Origin: a virus | Lineage: Duplodnaviria > Heunggongvirae > Uroviricota > Caudoviricetes | Reading direction: 5' to 3' (one strand) | IMG/VR virus record: IMGVR_UViG_3300027963_000034 | Location: 1-64,000 of that record | Length of the DNA stretch: 64,000 bases | Part shown: positions 8,269-15,863 of the stretch, in pieces | Numbering within the stretch: position 1 is the stretch's first letter | Layout: each line of letters starts with the position of its first letter | The notes under the pieces: generated by a model | What the model was told of the DNA's origin: nothing | What the model saw: the letters and a program-made list of their open reading frames with translations, nothing else | The model's database searches: none | Translations under genes and position numbers: made by a program

Positions 8269-8310
8269 GCTATCATTATTGGAATCGAACCAACATTAAC
8301 CATTATGATA
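8268..8310 (-). ncRNA. tRNA-like minihelix lacking the anticodon arm
   Basis: TATCAT/ATGATA-G-CA acceptor plus GTTGG-TTCGATT-CCAAT T-arm, joined by a short linker. Confidence 0.55.
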
Positions 8311-8319
8311 AAATAAAAT

Positions 8320-9160
8320 AGGGATGAGAATACTCCATATTGTGAACCAGCTTTAGAAAGATTATTAGTTCCTTCCGTTTCCACTACCTTTTGAGTAGTA
8401 CCAATTCAATGTGGATGATTTAAGACTATCAGTCTATAAGTTGCCGATTACTCTCTACTTACTCATTTTCTTCAAGCCTCGCAGCCTGATTAATTCTTGC
8501 GGAATTAGAAACCTTTTGATAGAATCACAGACCTCTTGCGGAGGTATCGTGGCTAAGAACATCTCTTAACTATGTACACACCTTTCATCTGCAACTGGTA
8601 AACACTCATGCTTAATTTTTAATTGAATTTTTGATGTTCAGTATCAAATTGAGTTTTAGTTTATAGAATTATTCAGGTAGTGGTTTACCACTAGCTCCCT
8701 CATCTTTTGAATGAGAGAATACTAAACTACCCGATGCAATATCCCTACTGCGGTCTTTTAAGTCATCTTCAAATATAGGTTTTGGTAAACTCTATATAAG
8801 GATGGTAACAACACCACTTGTACACTATCTTATCTTACGTCCTTTCGGATAGCTTGATGTTAAGATAACTTTTAAACTGAATACCGCAATGATGTAGAGG
8901 GATTAAGTCTACACTTCTTACTGATATTCTATGGGTTATTCTTATTGTTGTTCCCAACTCAGTCGGAGTATCTATACTACCCCAACTATTCAAACTCTTC
9001 CGATATAGTGTTACCCTTTCGTACAAAGCTCAAATAATATCCCACTTGCATACTCAAGTTAATCTCTCCTTACGGGGAGAGTAACCGCAGATGTATCACT
9101 TAATACACCCACTTTATCCTACTTTCGTAGTTTATTTGACGACCATATGCGGCCGTTGTT
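8320..9160 (-). ncRNA. large (~840 nt) structured ncRNA, GOLLD-like
   Basis: no long ORF; many GNRA-capped hairpins (CTAC-GAAA-GTAG, CC-GTAA-GG, TCC-GAAA-GGA, two CCGCAAG loops); own promoters and boxA; size and tRNA-cluster context fit GOLLD; boundaries approximate. Confidence 0.7.
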
Positions 9161-9198
9161 TACTATGTAGAACAAGTCTACTATGTAAAAATTTAATA

Positions 9199-9210
9199 TT
9201 TTAAAGAACT
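9199..9210 (-). promoter_or_regulatory. boxA-like antitermination element
   Basis: AGTTCTTTAAAA between promoter and ncRNA; resembles rrn boxA. Confidence 0.5.
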
Positions 9211-9226
9211 TTCCTTTCGGTTTTAA

Positions 9227-9258
9227 TAAATATACGAATAATTTTTTATTCTGCCAAA
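9227..9258 (-). promoter_or_regulatory. Bacteroidota-type promoter (proximal) for the large ncRNA
   Basis: TTTG-N20-TATATTTA. Confidence 0.65.
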
Positions 9259-9328
9259 TTTATTAAAAGTTTTTTTGTAAATTTGATAACGAGTATCTTT
9301 CATCACCTATTGTTTCTCATTTACTTAT

Positions 9329-9360
9329 GTAATATACGAAACATTTTTTACACTACCAAA
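9329..9360 (-). promoter_or_regulatory. Bacteroidota-type promoter (distal)
   Basis: TTTG-N20-TATATTAC. Confidence 0.6.
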
Positions 9361-9380
9361 TTTATTTTCAAAAAACTTTT

Positions 9381-9466
9381 TAAGATGTTTGGTGTCCGGC
9401 TTTCTTCCCTGTTGAACAGGTCACTCAATCGGTTTTATTATTTGATGGCTTCAACCAATCATCTTA
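9381..9466 (-). ncRNA. 86-nt structured RNA of unknown family
   Basis: closing stem TAAGATG.TTGGT/ACCAA.CATCTTA, internal hairpin CCTG-TTCAA-CAGG; directly 3' of tRNA-Met. Confidence 0.5.
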
Positions 9467-9470
9467 TTTG

Positions 9471-9542
9471 TTGCAGGAGAAGGATTCGAACCTCCGACCT
9501 TGTGGTTATGAGCCACGTGAGCTACCTCTGCTCTATCCTGCG
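9471..9542 (-). tRNA. tRNA-Met(CAT), initiator-like
   Basis: C1:A72 mismatch (CGCAGGA/TCCTGCA-A), GTGG-CTCATAA-CCAC. Confidence 0.9.
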
Positions 9543-9551
9543 ATATTAAAT

Positions 9552-9583
9552 CTAATATACGATAACTTTTTTAAATTACCAAA
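9552..9583 (-). promoter_or_regulatory. Bacteroidota-type promoter for tRNA-Met
   Basis: TTTG-N20-TATATTAG. Confidence 0.65.
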
Positions 9584-9597
9584 TATATTTTTTATTT

Positions 9598-9647
9598 ATT
9601 ATTTAAGTCCGCTAGTTGTGTTAGTAGGATTACCATACTTAAATAAT
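9598..9647 (-). other. hairpin directly 3' of tmRNA
   Basis: ATTATTTAAG ... CTTAAATAAT perfect 10-bp arms. Confidence 0.45.
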
Positions 9648-9650
9648 GTT

Positions 9651-10036
9651 TGTGGAGATGACGGGAATCGAACCCGTGTCTTACAAAGAACTAATAATAC
9701 CAGCATATCACACGTTTATTTAGTTTTTCTTGACTAACAAAATATAAAGTTTGATGTATGTGGGAAACAAACTTTTAAAGAACCTGGTCTCGAAATTATT
9801 TTAAATGGGCTCCGACCTGTGACCCGTTATTTCACATTCTATTTAAAGTTCCACGATGTGTGCGGAAAGGGTTAGGCAGCTACTGCGTAATCCATACCTA
9901 CAAACGCCATTAAGTCGTTGTAAGTCATTGTTGACTTTTCGTCAGTTATTGTTTTGTGCAGGTTTAAAGAGTTACTATCACTTACCTCTACGTGTGGTAC
10001 TACCATTTACATTGCAATCAATTCCATGGCATCCCC
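9651..10036 (-). ncRNA. ssrA: tmRNA
   Basis: 5' GGGGATG / 3' CATCTCC-A with G3:U70; GACACGGGTTCGATTCCCG T-arm; internal tag ORF after AATAACT ending YAVAA-stop. Confidence 0.95.
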
Positions 10037-10088
10037 ATAATTGTATAATATATATAAAGAACTAATCAATACAAATGTTTGAATATGT

Positions 10089-10120
10089 CTAAATTATGAT
10101 AAATTTTTGATATTACCAAA
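10089..10120 (-). promoter_or_regulatory. Bacteroidota-type promoter for tmRNA
   Basis: TTTG-N20-TAATTTAG; boxA-like AGTTCTTTA downstream (~10055-10063). Confidence 0.6.
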
Positions 10121-10150
10121 TATTTTTACTAAAATGTGGATAACTTTCTT

Positions 10151-10200
10151 AAATCATTGAAAATCAACGATTTATAACTCATTGAATATCAATCAGTTAT
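10151..10200. repeat. two abutting palindromes with core ATTGA-N3-TCAA
   Basis: aaatcattga-aaa-tcaacgattt and ataactcattga-ata-tcaatcagttat. Confidence 0.7.
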
Positions 10201-10224
10201 GCCCTTTTATTATAAGTCAATGAC

Positions 10225-11046
10225 TTATATATTAATTTTATCCTTTATGTGATTATAAATACTTTCAGCTATTACATTGTGTCCTAAAATAGTAGCGTGG
10301 TCGTCAAATTTAGATGAATATAAATTACTATCTACTACTAATTCTCTATTATCCATATAATGCTCAACAAAACTATTTTTAGTTATACCATTATAAGTTA
10401 TGGGTATTCTTCTTTCAGCCAACCATTCATTTTTAGATACTAAATCACCATATTTATCATATTTTGAACTAGTCATTTGAGGATGTGCATCTCTCCAATG
10501 TATAATAAAAACAGGAATTCCCATTTCTTCATATGGTTTCAATGATTCTGCTAATCTATGTAATTTATCAATATGCGCTAATTCAACTATTTTCTCAAAA
10601 CTACCATATTCTTCTTCTAAGTCTGCAACTAATTGAACTACATCTTCTTCATCCATTTGATATTGTTGTAATCCAAATTCTATTGTTTTTTCTTTTTTTT
10701 CGGAATATACATAACTCTTACCTCTATCTAAATTTGTTATTTGAAATATGATAGCAGCAATAGTATCTGCCGATTGGCCATCCGTTGTAAAATGTTTATC
10801 GATTTCTCCTAATCCGTAATCTATATCTCCACCATTTCTACCATTATTCAAATCAAATGTACCAAATTTATCAGCAACCAATTTAGAAAAACGATTTTGA
10901 TGTATAAAATCTAATTGTTCGTAAGTGCAATTTTTTATAAAATAATGTTGCGGAATGAAATCAGTAGAAGTCGTTCCTGGATATTCTCTCTCTATACCAG
11001 CACCATATGTATATGAACATCCTGAAAAAATTAATCCTTTTGCCAT
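10225..11046 (-). CDS. SGNH/GDSL-like hydrolase
   Basis: FSGCSYTYG ... DDHATILGH. Confidence 0.6.
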   Translation of the reverse strand: MAKGLIFSGCSYTYGAGIEREYPGTTSTDFIPQHYFIKNCTYEQLDFIHQNRFSKLVADKFGTFDLNNGRNGGDIDYGLGEIDKHFTTDGQSADTIAAIIFQITNLDRGKSYVYSEKKEKTIEFGLQQYQMDEEDVVQLVADLEEEYGSFEKIVELAHIDKLHRLAESLKPYEEMGIPVFIIHWRDAHPQMTSSKYDKYGDLVSKNEWLAERRIPITYNGITKNSFVEHYMDNRELVVDSNLYSSKFDDHATILGHNVIAESIYNHIKDKINI

Positions 11047-11049
11047 AAA

Positions 11050-11616
11050 TTATTGTTTTGGGTAAAAGTAGGCACATCCTACTTTTATATCATTTAAGCT
11101 TTCTTTGTTTGTTTCAAATATATATCCGTCTTTCCCATAAATTTCCTCAATTTTATCTTTAACATAATCAAAATTAAGTAAATGTTCGTGGTTTTCGGAA
11201 TCTCTATATCTATCGAATTGAAATCCTAATCCATTATCAAAATCATGAATAATGATTACAGGCTTATATCCGTAATCTATGATAACTTGTAATTCATCTA
11301 ATAGAGGCCAGTAAGTATGCCAGTGAGCATCCAAATATAAGAAAAATTCACCATGCCCAATTTCTTCTACAAATTGTTTTAAGCAGTCGGGTGACGAACC
11401 TTTTAATATTTTAACTTTTGGATTTTTGAGTAATTCATCGTAGTAGTTCCACCTCTCTTCATCAACTTCACAGGTGTATACTTTATCAAAAATATTGGAT
11501 AATATTTCAGTAGACCATCCCTTATCAGTACCGGTTTCTATGATAGTATCCCAATTGAATTTTTGTTTTATTCGGATGGTATCAATAACCATCACTGCAT
11601 CGTGCTTATAACTCAT
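11050..11616 (-). CDS. class I SAM methyltransferase-like
   Basis: IIETGTDKG, GSSPD, LYLDAH, IIIHD. Confidence 0.7.
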   Translation of the reverse strand: MSYKHDAVMVIDTIRIKQKFNWDTIIETGTDKGWSTEILSNIFDKVYTCEVDEERWNYYDELLKNPKVKILKGSSPDCLKQFVEEIGHGEFFLYLDAHWHTYWPLLDELQVIIDYGYKPVIIIHDFDNGLGFQFDRYRDSENHEHLLNFDYVKDKIEEIYGKDGYIFETNKESLNDIKVGCAYFYPKQ

Positions 11617-11628
11617 TATAAAAATATT

Positions 11629-11652
11629 AGGGGATATGTTACCACATCCCCT
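11629..11652 (-). terminator. hairpin/terminator
   Basis: AGGGGATGTG-GTAA-CATATCCCCT. Confidence 0.55.
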
Positions 11653-11675
11653 TTAATTAACTAAATTTAATTGTT

Positions 11676-11933
11676 TTATTCCGCTAACCAAGGCATATCA
11701 GCGTTCTCATTGTCCAATGCGAACATTCCGTATTTAGCAGAACCAGTACCATCTTCATTACGTGGTTGGTTATCCATTATCCATACATAAGCCGCTCTAT
11801 CGGTTAAAGATTCACATCCTTCAACTATTGCGTTCTCTGCTTCACTATCTACAATTTTCCATTTTGGAGTTGTGTCGTTTAAAGCTGCGATGAATTCTAA
11901 AACTTCTTCGTGGGTTTCAAAAATTTTTGCCAT
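11676..11933 (-). CDS. hypothetical acidic protein
   Basis: ORF with own TATATTTATA motif and terminator. Confidence 0.7.
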   Translation of the reverse strand: MAKIFETHEEVLEFIAALNDTTPKWKIVDSEAENAIVEGCESLTDRAAYVWIMDNQPRNEDGTGSAKYGMFALDNENADMPWLAE

Positions 11934-11978
11934 TTTGTTTTGTTTTTAATTTCGTATATAAATATAAAAAAAATTAGT

Positions 11979-12653
11979 TTAAATAAATTTTATAGGATTT
12001 AGATTAGATATTTCATAATGATTTACTATTTCATATCCAAAATTTTTAAAATCAATATTGAAATATGAATTACATATTTCCAAAACCTCATCATCATAAT
12101 AATCCATAAAATAATCCAATGCTCTATATTGTCTAGCATGGTGGTCTATACTTCCATTCAAACTTTCTAAAATTTCTTTATATTTATCATTTAAATTTAC
12201 AGAATCAATTTCAGGTAAAAAATAAAATAAATCATCTACAATTAAATCCTCTAATTTAAATATTTTAAAAGTTTTATCAGGTATGATATGAAGACATTCA
12301 CTTTGTGATAATATGTGAGTATCTTTTCCTGTGTATCCAGTTTTATACGTTTCTATAACCCAGTTTTTAAATTCTTTTCTTTGTTTTCTAGAATATGTAA
12401 CTAACGTATTTTGCTCTTTTTTATCCCAATATATTGATTTAATTTGAGTAACATGCATCCATTGTGATATCAATCTATCATATGGATTTCTAACTATAAG
12501 AATATGATGTTTATAATCTATTTTTTCGTTTTCGGTGTTACTTGGGTTTCCTAAAACATAGTCAAATAATCTTTTAAATAAATTTGTTCCGTTTTTCTGT
12601 ATCGGATAAAACACTACTCCATAATCATCATACATCTCTGCCATTATTTCCAA
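11979..12653 (-). CDS. sulfotransferase (Sulfotransfer_2-like)
   Basis: PIQKNGTN 5'-PSB loop, VRNPYDRLIS 3'-PB motif, DFKNFGY tail; start may be 12644. Confidence 0.75.
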   Translation of the reverse strand: MEIMAEMYDDYGVVFYPIQKNGTNLFKRLFDYVLGNPSNTENEKIDYKHHILIVRNPYDRLISQWMHVTQIKSIYWDKKEQNTLVTYSRKQRKEFKNWVIETYKTGYTGKDTHILSQSECLHIIPDKTFKIFKLEDLIVDDLFYFLPEIDSVNLNDKYKEILESLNGSIDHHARQYRALDYFMDYYDDEVLEICNSYFNIDFKNFGYEIVNHYEISNLNPIKFI

Positions 12654-13156
12654 TGTTTATTTTCTCTTTCCCACCAAAATGTCAAATCATCAGTATCATC
12701 ATTATAATATTCACCAACAAAATCCGATTTAAATTTACTTCCCTCATTTTCATATAAAGCAAGTGTAATTATTTTTCCATCAAATGGCATGTATTTTTTT
12801 ATCCATTCAGTTAAAAAAGTATAATTACCACCCCTTATCACTCCAGCTTCAACTAATATCAAATTCTTACCTCTAAATCCATTTGAATGAATTTTAAAGT
12901 TATCGTATAATTCTTTTTTGTATTTTTCGGTCCATTCTTCATCCGGATATGGAACATCCACTCCAAACCCCTCTGCAACCTCACCATTGAACGATAATCT
13001 GTGTCGTAGTATTTGGCCTACTATTGATGAATAGTCCGTAGAAACGGATATAATTATTGAATTAGAGGCATTAAACCCCGCTTCCGTTAACTCGTCTCCC
13101 AAACGATTAATAAGAGAGAGTTCCGTATCCCATATAATGATTTTTTCTTCTCTCAT
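12644..13156 (-). CDS. phosphoribosyltransferase-fold protein
   Basis: LILVEAGVIRGGN PRPP-loop-like motif, C-terminal LTFWWE. Confidence 0.55.
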   Translation of the reverse strand: MREEKIIIWDTELSLINRLGDELTEAGFNASNSIIISVSTDYSSIVGQILRHRLSFNGEVAEGFGVDVPYPDEEWTEKYKKELYDNFKIHSNGFRGKNLILVEAGVIRGGNYTFLTEWIKKYMPFDGKIITLALYENEGSKFKSDFVGEYYNDDTDDLTFWWERENKHWK

Positions 13157-13178
13157 ACAAATTTTGATTTAAAAGCTA

Positions 13179-13616
13179 CTATCTAAAAAATTTTCTTCGT
13201 AACGACTCTATTATCCCCGACCCCTTTTTGAATTCTCCGGAATCTATTACAATAAATTTTTTTCCGTTTCTATCTATAAATTGCCAATGTGCCTCTTTTA
13301 ACCCAAACCAATCGTCTATGTGTTTTAAAACCTGATGTGGTGTAAACTCCGAACAACTATATAAGTCAAATTGAAACATCGCAGGATTTTCATTATCCCA
13401 TACATGAATACTAGCGTGTGACGTTGCTAATGTTACGGTCCCAGTAATACCTTCGTTACCGGGTTCATTTACATAAACCGATGTAGGCCCTGCAACTACT
13501 TTCATTCCTACATTTTGTACTAATTGTGTAAACCATATGTTTAACACTTTTTCTGTTTTTGGTGGAGTCTTAATATACCCCTTTACCAATAAATGCAAAT
13601 GATTTGGTACGAACAT
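13179..13616 (-). CDS. speD: S-adenosylmethionine decarboxylase proenzyme family (class 1b)
   Basis: HLHLLV, GITGTVTLATSHASIHVW, FDLYSC. Confidence 0.85.
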   Translation of the reverse strand: MFVPNHLHLLVKGYIKTPPKTEKVLNIWFTQLVQNVGMKVVAGPTSVYVNEPGNEGITGTVTLATSHASIHVWDNENPAMFQFDLYSCSEFTPHQVLKHIDDWFGLKEAHWQFIDRNGKKFIVIDSGEFKKGSGIIESLRRKFFR

Positions 13617-13618
13617 CT

Positions 13619-14260
13619 TTACTTAAATTTAAATCCTGTTAATTTTTCTATGTCTAAAACTTCTACTAAATTATTATGAATACCATCTGGTTTAGATGTA
13701 TCATTGTTAAAAAGAAATGCCATCCATTCTTTTGTTTTTACAAAATATATTACTTTCCAACATTGAATAGGAACTGCCACCTTACCTTCACCAATTGTTT
13801 TAGCTACTCCTAAATTACCACACCAAACATGAACTGAATCATCTTTCTTAGCCCACTCTCTTTCCATTGTTTCTACCGATTTCCAATCCCCAGCATTTAG
13901 GCTATGATATTGAGCTGCCATATTAGAAAAATAGAAACATTCATTTTGTATTTCAGCCGTTTGACACAGATTTTCTGCAGCCGGCATCATATGTCCTCTA
14001 TCGGTTCCACTACCTACATAATCAGCTCCTAAATTTGTTTCGTTTGGTAATTGAGGGTCAGGTTTAAAATTATCTTTTCTAGCCATTGGAGTTTCACATC
14101 CCACTTTAGCTTTTGTAATCCACCATTCCACCATTACAGGATATTTTTTTGATTTTGAATAGTGTGATGTGTAATTTGTGTGCTTCAAAACTACGATGTC
14201 TTGGGCAAATAACATATTAATTAATAATACACTAAATAAGGTTATTAAAACTTTTTTCAT
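13619..14260 (-). CDS. secreted DNA/RNA non-specific endonuclease (NucA-like)
   Basis: signal peptide, DRGHM, FYFSNMAAQ, LNAGDW. Confidence 0.9.
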   Translation of the reverse strand: MKKVLITLFSVLLINMLFAQDIVVLKHTNYTSHYSKSKKYPVMVEWWITKAKVGCETPMARKDNFKPDPQLPNETNLGADYVGSGTDRGHMMPAAENLCQTAEIQNECFYFSNMAAQYHSLNAGDWKSVETMEREWAKKDDSVHVWCGNLGVAKTIGEGKVAVPIQCWKVIYFVKTKEWMAFLFNNDTSKPDGIHNNLVEVLDIEKLTGFKFK

Positions 14261-15113
14261 CTGATACAACTTTGTTTTTAATTAAATAATCAATAACCAT
14301 TTCTGCCCATTTTTGATGTGCAAAATAACCAGGATGAGTATCATCAAAAATACCATCAGTTTCATCTTTTATTTTCATCCCATTCCCACTTGCCCAATTA
14401 TGAAAATCACAGTCTGTAAGACCGTTTTTACTCATATCGGGAGATAAATATAATATATTTTCTTTTATATCAATAAAATTTTTTATATAAGTTATGTGTA
14501 TTGCAGATGGTAATATATAAAATTTATATTCTTTGTATTTCATAAGAGCCAATAATCCAACAAAACTTTTTAAAATATTTTTTTCATATTCTTTTATATT
14601 CCAAGTTTTTTTATAAGCTTCTAATAGAGGTTGTTTTATATCTGCTTCTATTTCTTCTTTTTGTTTAGTAGATTCATAAAAATAGTCTTTACAAAGATGT
14701 AAATCCCGCATAGTTCCTTTTGTAAATGCGGTTTCATCGTATTCCATGCTAATTTCATTTAAATCTACATTACAAATTAAATATTCTTTGTATTTGTTAG
14801 AATATACATCAATTTTATTCCAAATTACAGGACATTCTATAAAATAAATTGTCTCTTTTGCTCTTGTAAAATCTTCGTATATGTAATCATACGTTTCTCT
14901 TATAAATCGTTCAATTCCAGCTCCAGATTTACTATAATCATGTATTTTTAAATTTAACCCATCCGCTACCAATTTAGGCCACATTATATCTCTTTCACTC
15001 TCCCAAGTAACATTATATCTAGATTTATAATAGTCTAAAATATCACTTTTTACAATTTCAAGACCACCACCACACATAGTAGAACATCCGTTACAATATA
15101 AATTTTTAATCAT
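14232..15113 (-). CDS. SGNH/GDSL-like hydrolase
   Basis: NGCSTMCGGG ... DTHPGYFAH. Confidence 0.6.
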   Translation of the reverse strand: MIKNLYCNGCSTMCGGGLEIVKSDILDYYKSRYNVTWESERDIMWPKLVADGLNLKIHDYSKSGAGIERFIRETYDYIYEDFTRAKETIYFIECPVIWNKIDVYSNKYKEYLICNVDLNEISMEYDETAFTKGTMRDLHLCKDYFYESTKQKEEIEADIKQPLLEAYKKTWNIKEYEKNILKSFVGLLALMKYKEYKFYILPSAIHITYIKNFIDIKENILYLSPDMSKNGLTDCDFHNWASGNGMKIKDETDGIFDDTHPGYFAHQKWAEMVIDYLIKNKVVSDEKSFNNLI

Positions 15114-15816
15114 TTTTTATAAATTTATTGTAAAAATATTCTGCTAAAATTTTATCACATTCTGCTGATAAATGTTGGTCATTTCTAATACCATCTTCAC
15201 CTTTTGTTTTTTCCCAAACATCATTCTGTGTTTCCCAATATCCAATTACTTCATTTATAATTCTGTTTTTACCATAAATAAAATCTGCTAAATATTGGTC
15301 ATTCCATGACCAAACAAATTTATTTTCTGTATTTGTTACTTTATATAGAGAACAAATTAATTCAAAATAATTTTGTAAAACGCCATGTGATATTCTATCA
15401 TATGCTGTTATTTTGATATATTGTTGTAAATCATCAATAGGTAATTTCATATCATCTATGGATTCTTTTATTCCATTATTTAATTTCATTCCATTATTTA
15501 CATAATTAAAAAAACAATTCAATTGATATGTCCATTCTTTTGGATGGTGTGGTGCGATATACACATAGTCATCTTTTAAAGCCAATCTATTACGCGAATA
15601 ATCGGTTAAATTTACTATTAAAATATCTTCTTTTTTAATTTTTGGTAAACATTTTGTCCAAAAATCTATAATGGTTTGCATATCCATACTACCTCCTGCA
15701 TAATTTCGTATTTTATACTCATCATTCAGTCCTTTTTCATTTAATATGGTTTGTAAATATCCTGGGAACTTTTCTTCCGTTGTGAAACTATCACCAAATA
15801 ACCAAATATCAATCAT
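15106..15816 (-). CDS. SGNH/GDSL-like hydrolase
   Basis: LFGDSFT ... DQHLS. Confidence 0.6.
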   Translation of the reverse strand: MIDIWLFGDSFTTEEKFPGYLQTILNEKGLNDEYKIRNYAGGSMDMQTIIDFWTKCLPKIKKEDILIVNLTDYSRNRLALKDDYVYIAPHHPKEWTYQLNCFFNYVNNGMKLNNGIKESIDDMKLPIDDLQQYIKITAYDRISHGVLQNYFELICSLYKVTNTENKFVWSWNDQYLADFIYGKNRIINEVIGYWETQNDVWEKTKGEDGIRNDQHLSAECDKILAEYFYNKFIKND

Positions 15817-15863
15817 TTCTAAATTATTTAAAGAATCTTTGAAATAAATATATTAAAATAGAA

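Noticed and set aside
8835-9026. 63-aa ORF inside the large ncRNA
   Set aside because: Short, no motif, and lies within a hairpin-rich RNA; likely spurious.
8320-9160. Group I/II intron, RNase P RNA or rRNA fragment
   Set aside because: No interrupted gene; I could not find a group II domain V, the RNase P GAGGAAAGUCC motif or rRNA signature sequences.
9381-9466. Hammerhead ribozyme
   Set aside because: TTGAGTGA..GAAG only loosely resembles CUGANGA..GAAA and the required stems are not evident.
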